A stretch of 40,000 nt of DNA from Polyangiales bacterium. GTDB lineage: Bacteria > Myxococcota_A > Polyangia > Polyangiales > Sandaracinaceae. Positions 17,990 through 27,406 of this stretch are shown piece by piece; position 1 is the stretch's first letter; each line of letters starts with the position of its first letter. A program made the position numbers and the translations under genes. The notes under the pieces were generated by a model. It was not told where the DNA came from and did no database searches. It saw only the letters and a list, made by a program, of their open reading frames with translations. Where the stretch lies: assembly GCA_038252025.1 (NCBI GenBank), contig JBBSAT010000021.1:6716-46715 (forward strand). The letters run 5' to 3'.

Positions 17990-20900
17990 GTGCCCGCGAC
18001 CCGGTCGACCGGCCTACCACGCTTGATGATCGTCGGTGACGAAGCCGGTCGCACGCTCGTGCGCGAAGCGGCGTCGGGACTGGCCATGTCGATCGAGGAG
18101 CGCGCCGACGCGTCCATGGGCGACCTTCGCGGCGTGCGGCTCGCGGTGGTCTGCGGCCTCGGGCGCGCCAGCGATCTGGCGGAGATGCGGGCTCGGGGTG
18201 ACGACGTGGTGGTCGTCGCCGCGCTGCGCGGGACCGACGCCGCGCTGCTCGCCGGCAGCAGCGTCGATGACTTTGTCTCGCTCGACGCCCCTGCGCGAGA
18301 GATCGCCGCGCGGCTGGGCTTCGCAGCAGCGCGCGCAGCGGCGAGCCATGCAGCGGAGATCGAAGGCGTACGGCTCACCGAGGTCGCCGACGTGGTCGAC
18401 GACCTGATCGCGATCAGCTCGGCCGATGGAAGACGAAACCTATTCCTGAGCGCGGCCTTCGAGACGATCACCGGAACGCCTCGCGAGCCGGTCTTGGACG
18501 ATCCCGCGCACTACCTCGGCCTCGTGCATCCAGACGATCACTCCTTGCTCCGCGAAGCCCACATGCAGCGGCACCAGCCGCACGAGTACCGCTACAGGAT
18601 CATCCGAGCCGACGGTCAGACCCGCTGGCTGCACACGCGCGCCTTTCCGACGGCCCGGGAGGGCGGCGCACCGACGCGAGTCATCACCGTCACGCGCGAC
18701 GTGACCGCTCGAAAGAGCGCAGAAGACGACGCAGAGGCGCAGCGCAGGCTGATCGAGGGCGTGACGTCGGCGCTGACCACGCTGCTCGCGGCAGCGTCGC
18801 CGAGCGAGTCGATCGACCGCGCGCTCGCGATCCTCGGTCCGGCCGCGCTCGTCGACCGCGTGTACATCGCGCGCCACCACCGAGACGATGCCGACGAGCT
18901 GCGCGTCGCCGTCAGGCACGAGTGGGTGAGCGAGGAGACGACGCCGTCGCTGGGCACCGACGTGGGCGGCGAGCGGCCGGCCCTCCCCGAAGCGCGCCCG
19001 CTCCTCGCGATGCTGGAGCGCGGTCAGACCGTGGAGCTCGTTCGCTCCGAGCTCCCGCCGGCGATGCGTGAGCGGCTCGACCCGTCGGGTGTGCGCTCGA
19101 TGCTCGTGGTCCCGATCGTCGCGGACGGTGCCTGCTGGGGCCACGTCGGCTTCGTGGATTGTCACGCCGAACGACGCTGGGACGCGACCGCGCGCGCGAC
19201 GCTCGAGGCGACGGCAGCGGCGGTGGGCTCGACCATCATGCGGGAGCGCGCGATGGAGGCTCTGGCCGAGCAGCTCCACCGCGTGCGATCGCTCTTCGAG
19301 TCTGCGGCCAATCCAGCGCTCACCGCGCGCGACCAGCTCGATCGACTCCTCGAGGTCGGCGTGCGCCTCCACCGCGTGCGATCGCTCTTCGAGTCTGCGG
19401 CCAATCCAGCGCTCACCGCGCGCGACCAGCTCGATCGACTCCTCGAGGTCGGCGTGCGCCTCCTTGGCGTGGACGTCGCCGCCGTCCTGCGCATCCGGCC
19501 CGAGGATACGGAGACGTGCGAGGCGACGCACGTGCACCCGGCGACGACGCCGATGCAGCCCGGAGAGCGTGTGCCCCTCACGCGCGATCTCTGGGAGATC
19601 TCCATCGCGGAGAACCGCCCCATGGCCGTCGCCGACGCCGTCGGCACTCGCTACGAGGACGCACCCGCGCATCGCGATCGCGGCTTCCGTTCGTTCCTCG
19701 GTGCGCCGCTCTGGGTGCGTGGGCACGCGTGGGGCGGGCTCGCCTTCCTCGGGATGGAACGGCACCCGCAGGCATTTCGCGACACCGATCTGGATCTTGC
19801 CCGGCTGGTCGCGAGCGGCGTCTCTCACCTCCTCGAGCAGATCGAGGCCCAAGAGGAGCGCGCCGCGCTCGAGCTGAGGTTCCGCGAGACGCAGAAGCTC
19901 GAGAGCCTCGGTCTGCTCGCCGGGGGCATCGCCCACGACTTCAACAACATGCTCATGGGGATCATGGGCCACGCCGCCGTCGCGACGCGCGCCGCGAGCG
20001 AAGAGGCCGCGATCGTGCGGGAGTCTCTCGAGCAGATCACCGCGATCACGCAGCGCGCGGCAGGCCTCACGAGGCAGCTGCTCGCCTACGCAGGAAGAGA
20101 TCGGGTGCGGATCCAGCCCATGTCGCTCTCGGGCCTGGTGCGTGAGATGTCGGAGCTGCTCGCCGTCGTGCTTCCGAAAGACGCGCGCCTCGAGAACCAG
20201 CTGCCGGTCGATCTTCCGGCGGTGCTCGGCGACTCGGCCCAGCTCCAGCAGGTCGTCATGAACCTGATCACCAACGCCAGCGATGCCCTCGCCGGAGGAG
20301 CCGGCGTGATCACGCTTCGCGCTTGGGTGATCGATGCGGACGCGCTCCCCGCGGCAGGCCGCTTCGTCGCGGAGGACACCCGAGTCGAGCGCTACGCCGT
20401 GCTCGAAGTGAACGACACGGGCAGAGGGATGGGCCCCGAGACGCTGGAGCACGTCTTCGAGCCCTTCTTCACGACGAAGGGGCCGGGACGCGGCCTCGGG
20501 CTGGCAGCGGTCCTCGGCATCGTGCGCTCCCATCACGGAGCGCTCGACGTCGAGAGCACGCCCGACGTGGGCACGACGTTTCGCCTGTTCTTGCCGATCG
20601 CGGACCATGCGCCGGAGCCTGCGCATGCGAAGCCAGAGAGCCCCGCGGGGCGGCGCCTCGCCGTGCGCGTGCTCGTCGTCGACGACACGGACCAGGTCCG
20701 GAAGACGGTCGAGCGAGTGCTCACGATGCACGGGGCCGAGGTGCTCACGGCTCGCGACGGAGTCGAGGCGGTCGAGGTCGTCGAGCGCGAGCGTGAGCGC
20801 GTGGACGTCGTCGTGCTCGACCTCACGATGCCGCGGATGGATGGCGCCAAGGCGCACGAGCGCATCCGCGAGATCGTGCCGGGCTTGCCCATCTTGCTGA

Positions 20901-21025
20901 TGAGCGGCTACGCGGAAGGCGAGCAGGTCGAGCACGTGCTGTCCCAGCCGCGCACGCGCTTTCTCGCGAAACCGTTCGACATGGCGGAGCTCCTTCGAGC
21001 GCTCCGTGAGCTCCTCGCGGAGTGA
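17990..21025 (+). CDS. hybrid sensor histidine kinase/response regulator (pseudo-receiver, PAS, two GAF-like domains, HisKA, HATPase, REC)
   Basis: Motifs: HisKA H-box GGIAHDFNNML, N-box NLITNASDA, G-boxes DTGRGM and GLGLAAV, and the receiver VLVVDD...VVLDLTMPRMDG...KPF. A PAS-like segment reads YRYRIIRADGQTRWL. An alternative ATG start lies at 18026. Confidence 0.9.
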   Translation: MPATRSTGLPRLMIVGDEAGRTLVREAASGLAMSIEERADASMGDLRGVRLAVVCGLGRASDLAEMRARGDDVVVVAALRGTDAALLAGSSVDDFVSLDAPAREIAARLGFAAARAAASHAAEIEGVRLTEVADVVDDLIAISSADGRRNLFLSAAFETITGTPREPVLDDPAHYLGLVHPDDHSLLREAHMQRHQPHEYRYRIIRADGQTRWLHTRAFPTAREGGAPTRVITVTRDVTARKSAEDDAEAQRRLIEGVTSALTTLLAAASPSESIDRALAILGPAALVDRVYIARHHRDDADELRVAVRHEWVSEETTPSLGTDVGGERPALPEARPLLAMLERGQTVELVRSELPPAMRERLDPSGVRSMLVVPIVADGACWGHVGFVDCHAERRWDATARATLEATAAAVGSTIMRERAMEALAEQLHRVRSLFESAANPALTARDQLDRLLEVGVRLHRVRSLFESAANPALTARDQLDRLLEVGVRLLGVDVAAVLRIRPEDTETCEATHVHPATTPMQPGERVPLTRDLWEISIAENRPMAVADAVGTRYEDAPAHRDRGFRSFLGAPLWVRGHAWGGLAFLGMERHPQAFRDTDLDLARLVASGVSHLLEQIEAQEERAALELRFRETQKLESLGLLAGGIAHDFNNMLMGIMGHAAVATRAASEEAAIVRESLEQITAITQRAAGLTRQLLAYAGRDRVRIQPMSLSGLVREMSELLAVVLPKDARLENQLPVDLPAVLGDSAQLQQVVMNLITNASDALAGGAGVITLRAWVIDADALPAAGRFVAEDTRVERYAVLEVNDTGRGMGPETLEHVFEPFFTTKGPGRGLGLAAVLGIVRSHHGALDVESTPDVGTTFRLFLPIADHAPEPAHAKPESPAGRRLAVRVLVVDDTDQVRKTVERVLTMHGAEVLTARDGVEAVEVVERERERVDVVVLDLTMPRMDGAKAHERIREIVPGLPILLMSGYAEGEQVEHVLSQPRTRFLAKPFDMAELLRALRELLAE
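19274..19459 (+). repeat. perfect 93-bp direct tandem duplication, 2 copies
   Basis: Positions 19274-19366 are identical to 19367-19459, and the following 4 nt (ctcc) also match the unit start. This duplicates 31 aa, LHRVRSLFESAANPALTARDQLDRLLEVGVR, in frame within the kinase. Confidence 0.95.
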
Positions 21026-21133
21026 GCGGCCTCGCGTACATCGTCCCGGCGGGCACGCTCGACGATGATCAGCGGGCGTAGGCGAATGAAGCACCTGTTC
21101 GGCGTGATAGACAACGCTCGCGAGATCTCCGCG

Positions 21134-21976
21134 CTACTCGGCCGGGAGCGCGCCGAGCTCCTTCTCGGGGTCGGCGAACACGCGCTTGAGCGTCTTCGAC
21201 ATGCGGGCAGCGTGCATGCCGTCCAGCACACGGTGGTCGAACGTCGCGAACGCGCGGAGCACCTTTCCCACGGCGAGGCTCCCGTTCTCGACGACGGCCT
21301 CCTCCTTCACCGCACCGAGCGCGATGACGAGCGGCACGCGGCTGTACGGCACAAGAGGCACGTAGGCCGCTTCGAGCCCGAGCGAGCCGATGTTGGTGAT
21401 CATCACGGAGCCGAAGGGGTCCTTCGGGATGCCCGCGAAGCGCAGGTCGAGGTTGAGCGTGTAGGTGAGCCAGCCGAGCGCGTCGAGCACGGTGTTGAGG
21501 AGGAAGAACGGGATCTTCTTGAAGAGGCCGCGCGAGCTCTCGAGCGCCTTGTCCTTCCCCTTCCGGACGCTGCCGACCTTCGTCTCGAACTCGTCCACGA
21601 TCTCGAGGAGCGACTTCTTGTGCGCATCGAACAGCGTCGCCCCGCTCAGGTCGATCTCGCCGGTCTTCTCGTCCTCCATGGCGACCTGGAAGAACACGCC
21701 GATGTCCTCGCGCAGATAGATCCGGTTCCACCTGAGGATGGCGTTCGCGTCGGGCATCTCGGCGAGCGTGATCGCGACGGCCTTCGCCATGATGTGGGAG
21801 AGCGTCGCGCGCTTGCCCGTGCGCTTCCGGAAGGCGTCGAGGTAGGCCATCATCTTGTCGGCGCGAAGCTCGAGCGATCCGTAGACCGTCGGATCGTACG
21901 CAGTGCGCCACGTGCCGATGGCGATGCGCCGGAACGAGGAGAGGTTCGTCTTCGGGCGGAGGCGGAGGTTCGGCAT
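21134..21976 (-). CDS. 2-oxoacid dehydrogenase acyltransferase (E2) catalytic-domain-only protein
   Basis: Trimmed to ATG 21976, giving 280 aa. It carries the catalytic DHRxxDG motif (FDHRVLDG). No lipoyl or subunit-binding domain is encoded. Confidence 0.75.
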   Translation of the reverse strand: MPNLRLRPKTNLSSFRRIAIGTWRTAYDPTVYGSLELRADKMMAYLDAFRKRTGKRATLSHIMAKAVAITLAEMPDANAILRWNRIYLREDIGVFFQVAMEDEKTGEIDLSGATLFDAHKKSLLEIVDEFETKVGSVRKGKDKALESSRGLFKKIPFFLLNTVLDALGWLTYTLNLDLRFAGIPKDPFGSVMITNIGSLGLEAAYVPLVPYSRVPLVIALGAVKEEAVVENGSLAVGKVLRAFATFDHRVLDGMHAARMSKTLKRVFADPEKELGALPAE

Positions 21977-22066
21977 CGGCGCCGAGCATAGCCGGCGAGC
22001 GATCCGGTGGACGTGCGGCCGCGCATGGGGTGAGCGATGCCTCGGCGGCCGTGTCACCATCGGGCG

Positions 22067-22651
22067 ATGGTCCGCAATCAGCTCGGCCTGAAGCGGCGTC
22101 CCGAGGGCGCCGGGCTCGCGAGCGAGCTCGCCATGCTCTCGGAATCGATGCGCGAGGCCGTGCTCGCTGCGTGCGCCGCCTACACGGAGCTCGGCGTTCC
22201 CTTCGCGTTGGTCGGTGGGCTCGCGGCCGGAGCCCTGGGACGTCCACGGTTCACGAAGGACATCGACTTCCTCGTCGGCGAACAAGCGTTCCAGAAGCGG
22301 GGGCTGATCATTTCGTTCGCGTTCCCGATGCCGTTGCAAGCCGGCGACGTCGCGATCGACCCGATCCCGCTCCCAGAGGAGCCAGCGAGGCGGGCGGTGC
22401 TCTCCGCCGCCCTCGCCGCGGTCGACATCGACAGCACGACCGGTCAGCAGGTCCCGATCCTCGGCGCGACGTGGCTCGCTTACATGAAGCTCGCGTCCCC
22501 TCGGGGAAAGGACCGCGACGACATCGTCGGGATGATGCAAGCGGGCAAGGTCGACCTCCGCGCGCTCGAACGCGCGGTCGAGGGCGACGAGATGCTCGTG
22601 ACACGCCTCCGCGAGGCGCTCGCAGAGCTGGCGATCGCCGAAGACGAGTAG
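22067..22651 (+). CDS. small nucleotidyltransferase-fold protein (AbiEii/MNT-like)
   Basis: It has the motif FALVGGLAAGALGRPRFTKDIDFLV, a GG...G..R.TxDxD pattern typical of minimal NTases. The start may be 22037 or 22067. Confidence 0.55.
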   Translation: MVRNQLGLKRRPEGAGLASELAMLSESMREAVLAACAAYTELGVPFALVGGLAAGALGRPRFTKDIDFLVGEQAFQKRGLIISFAFPMPLQAGDVAIDPIPLPEEPARRAVLSAALAAVDIDSTTGQQVPILGATWLAYMKLASPRGKDRDDIVGMMQAGKVDLRALERAVEGDEMLVTRLREALAELAIAEDE

Positions 22652-22733
22652 ACGCCGTGACGAAGCATCTCACCCCGAGAGCGCTCGCCCCAGCGCTGGC
22701 AGGCGAAGAGCCACGCCCATTCTGGTCGGCCCG

Positions 22734-23356
22734 TCAGTGCGCTGGCCAGCGACGCGTCCGCACGAGCTCGGCACGAAGCGTCTCGAGGCCGTCGGCATCG
22801 AGGGCGACGATCGCGCTCTCGTGATCGGGGCTCCACTGGATCCCGAGCAGCTCGCACGCGGTTCGAACCGCAGTGGCGAGACCTTCGGTCCTTCCCTCGG
22901 TCCTTCCCTCGGTCCTTCCCTCGGTCCTTCCTTCGGCTCGTCCCTTGTGGAGGGCTTCGCGGATCTCCGGCGTCAGGGGCTCCCACTGCTTCGCTTGCAT
23001 CATCGCCTCCACGGCGGCTCGCGCGACGGCGCCCAGCGAGCCGAAGATGAGATCGGTGTACACGAGGCGTCGCTCACCGTCGAGCGAGCGCGCCGCTTCG
23101 ATCGCAGCGCCTGCGATCGCGCCGTCGTCTTCCTCGCCGTCGACGTGTGCACGAGAGATCCGACGCCGATCAATGTCCCGTCCGCGCGCCGCGCGCCGAC
23201 CAAGACGTCGGGGTGTACGTCACCGCGCGCGATCTTCGCCGCGATGCTGGGTGGCGCGGCGCCGAACATCTGAGCGAGGAGCCGCTCCCCCTTCTGGCCG
23301 AAAGTATCGAGCTCCGCGACGCTCACCGATCCCGCAACGAGCGCTTCATCGCTCAC
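22734..23356 (-). pseudogene. frameshifted Rpn/YhgA-family C-terminal (DUF4351-like) remnant
   Basis: GGAGGA precedes a GTG start at 23356. Frame A is protein-like up to ...GTLIGVG (about 23160). The protein-like signal then continues in another frame (HVDGEEDDGAIAGAAIEAARSLDGERRLVYTDLIFGSLGAV...KGRAEGRTEGRTEGRTEGRTEGL...) down to 22734. The span is not a multiple of 3. Confidence 0.45.
22885..22944 (-). repeat. 12-bp in-frame tandem repeat, 4 copies plus 1 degenerate
   Basis: The plus-strand unit tcggtccttccc repeats head-to-tail, encoding (GRTE)n on the minus strand. Confidence 0.9.
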
Positions 23357-23455
23357 GACGATCCTCCCCCGCTGTCGTTTCCACGACCCGATGGGAGCAC
23401 ATCCACGGCGGGAGCGCCGGGCCGACGAACCACGTTCGGTCTGGAGGCCACCACC

Positions 23456-24796
23456 GTGGTGCGAGGCGACCACCGAGAGAGGCTCGTGGCGACGACACCA
23501 CCGACCGATGAGATCGCCACCGAGCGCCTCGACATCGCGCGCGTGCTCTTCGACCTCGGCCGGGACCGCCCCCCTACGCTCGACACGCAGAGCACGCGCG
23601 CGTGTACCAGCCGATCTCCCGAGGCGTATCCTCGTCAGCCCGTGCCCAAGAGGAAGCCAACACCCGAGCCCACGAGGCCTGACGTGACATGCGACGTGCG
23701 ATCGGTCGCGGCGATCGAGCAGGCCTTCGCGCGCGAGCTGCCGCGGCTTGCGCCCCCGGACCCGACGAGGCCTCCCTCGCTCACGACGACGGAGCTCCAC
23801 GAGCAGGTGAAGACCTTCACCCGCTTCGTCTGGGCGTGCGTCGACGCGCTGCTCCCCTCCGAGCCTGCGCCGACACCGCGAGCCTTCATGGGATGGAGCG
23901 CAGAGCAGCGCGCGCTGCTCACCGAGATGGCGAAGCTCCCATCGAACGCGATGGTCAACGCGGGCGACCTCTCGGAGCGGCTGCTGCGGCTCGGCGCGAT
24001 GAGCTTCGCGCCGGGCGACTCACGCTACCTCGAGCGCTACGTGGGCCGCGTCGCGCCGAGCGTCCTCGAGCAGGTCGTCGAAGGCCGGCCACTCTGGCTC
24101 TGGCTGCGTCTCACGACGATGCGAGAGGTCCGCCCCGAGGCATTCGCCAGCGCCACCTCCCGGCTCGCGGACGCTGAACGCATCGAGCTCGCGCGGCTCG
24201 CCGTGACGAACTGCTACCAGCTCATGCGCCGCTGGCCGTTCCCCACAGCGATCACGCGGATTCAAGAGGAGGAGGATGCAGCGAGCCTCTTCGATGCCCT
24301 CCTGCCGATGCTCTCGCCGCTGGAGGACAGCTCACTCGCTCGCGCCCTCGCCGTCGAGGCGTCGTCCGAAGTTGGGGAGAGCGCGCTGATCCTTCTCTTC
24401 GTCTACATGCTCGTGCGGCGCGGCCAGCGTCTCGACGAGTCGGTGGATGCCGCGCTCGCCGAAGCGCTGGACCTCTTCCCGGTGCATGGGCGCAAGTTGC
24501 TGGCTGCCTTCACGCCGGAGAAGCGAAGCGCGATCCTCTCCAGGATGGAGCCCGTCCCCTACAATGTCAGCGGCTTCTGGACCTACGTAGATCTCCTCAC
24601 ACCGGCCGAGCAAGCCGAGCGCGTGGCGATCGCCCTCACCGGCTTCGCGAGCGCATGCAGCTCTGACGTGAGCCGTCGAGTGAAGGACATCGTCGCCACG
24701 TTCGACTCGGGGGCATGTGCGGCGCTCCGTGAGCTGGCGCAGGGCAAAGGTCCGAACGCAGCCCTCGCCGCGGAGGCGCTGGCGCTTCGAAGATGA
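23456..24796 (+). CDS. hypothetical helical protein (start uncertain)
   Basis: This long ORF has strong GC3 and protein-like composition from about 23456 (GTG). Alternative starts are GTG 23684/23699 and ATG 23888. I recognise no motif. Confidence 0.5.
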   Translation: MVRGDHRERLVATTPPTDEIATERLDIARVLFDLGRDRPPTLDTQSTRACTSRSPEAYPRQPVPKRKPTPEPTRPDVTCDVRSVAAIEQAFARELPRLAPPDPTRPPSLTTTELHEQVKTFTRFVWACVDALLPSEPAPTPRAFMGWSAEQRALLTEMAKLPSNAMVNAGDLSERLLRLGAMSFAPGDSRYLERYVGRVAPSVLEQVVEGRPLWLWLRLTTMREVRPEAFASATSRLADAERIELARLAVTNCYQLMRRWPFPTAITRIQEEEDAASLFDALLPMLSPLEDSSLARALAVEASSEVGESALILLFVYMLVRRGQRLDESVDAALAEALDLFPVHGRKLLAAFTPEKRSAILSRMEPVPYNVSGFWTYVDLLTPAEQAERVAIALTGFASACSSDVSRRVKDIVATFDSGACAALRELAQGKGPNAALAAEALALRR

Positions 24797-25002
24797 GGAC
24801 CTCGAGACGCCTCACGCGCCATCACCCGAGAGGGTGTGATGTGTCGAGCACCGTCCGGCCGTCGCGGACTGGCTGAGCGAGGGCGAGATGTCGCCCGGGA
24901 CATGACCCGCGAGCGTCGCGCCCGCGCCGCTCACCGTCGAGTCTCTCGCTGGCTGCAACGTTCTCATCGAGCGAACAGATCGTGGACTTCGAAGGTCGGA
25001 GC

Positions 25003-25326
25003 CTACCCGACGGCGACGGTCACGAACACGAAGAGCGTGAGCTCGCTCCACTCGTCGTCTGGGCCAAGGAGGTCCACGCAGACCTCATACTGGTTCGAGG
25101 TCCCGATCCGCCAGGTCGGCGCGTCCAGGATCGCGACCGCCTCGGGCGCGTGCACTGGGACGAAGTTGCCCTCGATTCGCTCCCGATAGACGCGCTCGTC
25201 CCCTCTGACCGATATCTGGGCATGCCGAAGCGCCTCGAAGTCCAATCCGCAAAGAAGCTTTGCAAGCTGGGCGATACGGTCCGTATGGCCGACGGCGGGA
25301 GTGTCGCGAACTTTCAGCTCGCTCAT
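25003..25326 (-). CDS. hypothetical small protein
   Basis: This 107-aa ORF has an ATG that overlaps the upstream stop (ATGA at 25323-25326). Composition is protein-like. Confidence 0.5.
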   Translation of the reverse strand: MSELKVRDTPAVGHTDRIAQLAKLLCGLDFEALRHAQISVRGDERVYRERIEGNFVPVHAPEAVAILDAPTWRIGTSNQYEVCVDLLGPDDEWSELTLFVFVTVAVG

Positions 25327-26744
25327 GGACGGTTTCCAGGGGGGCGTGTGACTGTGCGCGACGTCGCCCCATTCGACGAAGCTATCCCGTGCTCACTCCG
25401 GAGGGAGCGGACCGCGGACGGAAGGGACCGCGGTGAGTGAGCCGATGAAATAGGAGCGTCGTCGATCTTCGCAAAGCCAGGGAAGCCGTTCCAGGCGATC
25501 GACTCGCGTAGCATGGCGAGGAACGTGCCTTCCCGTCCGCGCAGCGGCGGATCGATCACGTCGCTCGGTGTCTCGATGCCGACGATCCCGCCCGAGAAGT
25601 TTGCCTTCGTCACGTCGTCGCCCGCGAGATCGAGCGCGTAACGAAGTGACGTCGGCGCCTCGGCGACATCGAAGTCGGATTCTTCGGCATCGACGAGCGC
25701 GGCGTCGACACTGGTGACGGCCAGCGGGTCGGCGTACCAGTGCGGGTCGTCGCCGCGATCGACGTACGTCTTCTTCTTCCACGCCGGATGGTTGCCGCGC
25801 AGATCGACGGCGCCGACGATCGCCCAGAACCGCGCGAGCGCGAGCGGCACGTGGCCGACGCGCTTCTCGAGTCTCTTCAGCTTCGCCGTGATCGCGGTCG
25901 GCTTCTTCGCCAGCGGTGTCTTGCTGGCGAACGCGTACTTCGCGCTCTTCAGCTCGCGCACGATCACCTCGAGCGCCGCGCGCATCGCCTTCAGCTCGGC
26001 GTCGAGCGCGGCGATCTCTCTCGCGCTGGGCTTCTTCGTCGCCGACTTCTTCGTCTTGGTGGCCTTCTTTCGCGCGGCCACGAGCGGCTTCCACCGCGTC
26101 TGCGGGATGGAGTAAAGGACGCCATCCGCGGTCTCGGCGAGCCCATCGTCGAAGTACGCATCGATCGTGAACGCGAGCCAGCGGTCGTCGGCCACCACAC
26201 GCGCCGAACGCGCATCGCCTCGGCCTCGGCGTTCTTCGCCGAGGATGAATCCGTAGGCGCGCAGCGCGGCGCGCCTTCGCTGCGCGTCGCCGCGTGCGGC
26301 GATCTCGGGTGGATCGCCCCGCAAGAGCGCCGCTCGGGCGCGTAGCTCCCCGACGAGCGCTTCGGCCACTCCTGGCGGGGCCTGTCCCGGCGGACCCGCC
26401 GCGGCTTCGACGCCGAGCGGACCGGCTTCGAGCAGCCCGTGCAGCGCGCAGACACGGAGCTGCGGATGCGCATCGGCGATGTGCGCGAGACGTGCGATCG
26501 CATCGGCATCGCCGGTCCGTCCCAGCGATCGCAGCTGCTGCTCGATCACGCAACGTTCCTTCGGCGGAAGACTGCGGACGCACGCGTCCACTTCGGCATC
26601 ACGCAGCAACGCCTCGCGCCGCGCCGGCCAATCGGGACGTGCGTCGAGCACGCGCAGCGTCTCGATCCAGCTCGGCGTCGCGAACACGGCCTCCGCGAAC
26701 GCCGTCAGTCCTTCGTCGGTGCGTCGCGCGAGGTCATCGCTCAT
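25323..26744 (-). CDS. hypothetical protein with a Lys-rich central linker (C-terminus uncertain)
   Basis: This 473-aa ORF is helical and Ala/Arg-rich at the N-terminus, with a KKATKTKKSATKK linker. The C-terminal part (VPLALARFWAIVGAVDLRG) faintly resembles the SMI1/KNR4 type. The last ~45 codons lose coding-like codon bias. Confidence 0.55.
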   Translation of the reverse strand: MSDDLARRTDEGLTAFAEAVFATPSWIETLRVLDARPDWPARREALLRDAEVDACVRSLPPKERCVIEQQLRSLGRTGDADAIARLAHIADAHPQLRVCALHGLLEAGPLGVEAAAGPPGQAPPGVAEALVGELRARAALLRGDPPEIAARGDAQRRRAALRAYGFILGEERRGRGDARSARVVADDRWLAFTIDAYFDDGLAETADGVLYSIPQTRWKPLVAARKKATKTKKSATKKPSAREIAALDAELKAMRAALEVIVRELKSAKYAFASKTPLAKKPTAITAKLKRLEKRVGHVPLALARFWAIVGAVDLRGNHPAWKKKTYVDRGDDPHWYADPLAVTSVDAALVDAEESDFDVAEAPTSLRYALDLAGDDVTKANFSGGIVGIETPSDVIDPPLRGREGTFLAMLRESIAWNGFPGFAKIDDAPISSAHSPRSLPSAVRSLRSEHGIASSNGATSRTVTRPPGNRP

Positions 26745-27166
26745 GCGCGCGAGCGTACGATCAGTCGGCCGGATCGGTCTCGGTCAGCCGACATGCGCTC
26801 TCTCTCGTTCGCTTCGGTGCGATCGCCGCCCGTCCTCTCTCGGCCCGGAGAACCGATCGCGCGACTGGCGCACGCCGGCCTCGATCGCTGGCGCCGAGAG
26901 CGTGATCTCCCCCACGGCTCCTGATCGACGAACGGGACGATGTCCACGCGGACCGGGTCGACTGTCGACACCAGCGAGGTGTTGTGCCTCACCTGGTGGA
27001 GCTCGGAGCCTCTCCCGAGATCGCCGATCTCGTTTCGTGGCTGGGCGGCGACGCGGCGCTCCTCATCCCGAGGTGAGGGCGACGCGTGAGTTCATCGTCG
27101 CGCTCTGGAGCGCCTCGAGCACGCAAGCGGCGTGACGCGAGGCACTCGCCTCGCTATGATCGCAGG

Positions 27167-27406
27167 GTGCGCCTCGAGAAGCTGCCTGGCTGGGTGGTCG
27201 ATGATGCCTCCTCGGTCCGGCGCGAGATGGAGCCCTACCGCCACGCGACCCCCGCGCAGCTCTGGCGTCACACCGAGGACTGCGCGCGCGACGCCATGTG
27301 GGCGGTGCGCGCAAGCCCGTTTCCGGCGCGCGTGCTCGCCTACGAGGATCCGCTGCCAGAGAGTACGCTCGCGGCGCTCGAACGACTCCGTAGGCTGCCC
27401 CGATGA
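27167..27406 (+). CDS. small protein partnered with the downstream nucleotidyltransferase (antitoxin-like position)
   Basis: GTG 27167 is in frame. The stop overlaps the downstream ATG (ATGA at 27403-27406). The product is 79 aa. Confidence 0.45.
   Translation: MRLEKLPGWVVDDASSVRREMEPYRHATPAQLWRHTEDCARDAMWAVRASPFPARVLAYEDPLPESTLAALERLRRLPR

Noticed and set aside
26741-27076. Two mutually antisense short coding-like signals between the 473-aa gene and the NTase pair: minus-strand MRHNTSLVSTVDPVRVDIVPFVDQEP... from 26992, and plus-strand ...LVELGASPEIADLVSWLGGDAALLIPR ending at 27076.
   Set aside because: Neither forms an intact ORF with a credible start and consistent codon bias. The minus ORF degrades after about 28 codons and the plus one lacks a start. 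They cannot be resolved without homology or expression data.
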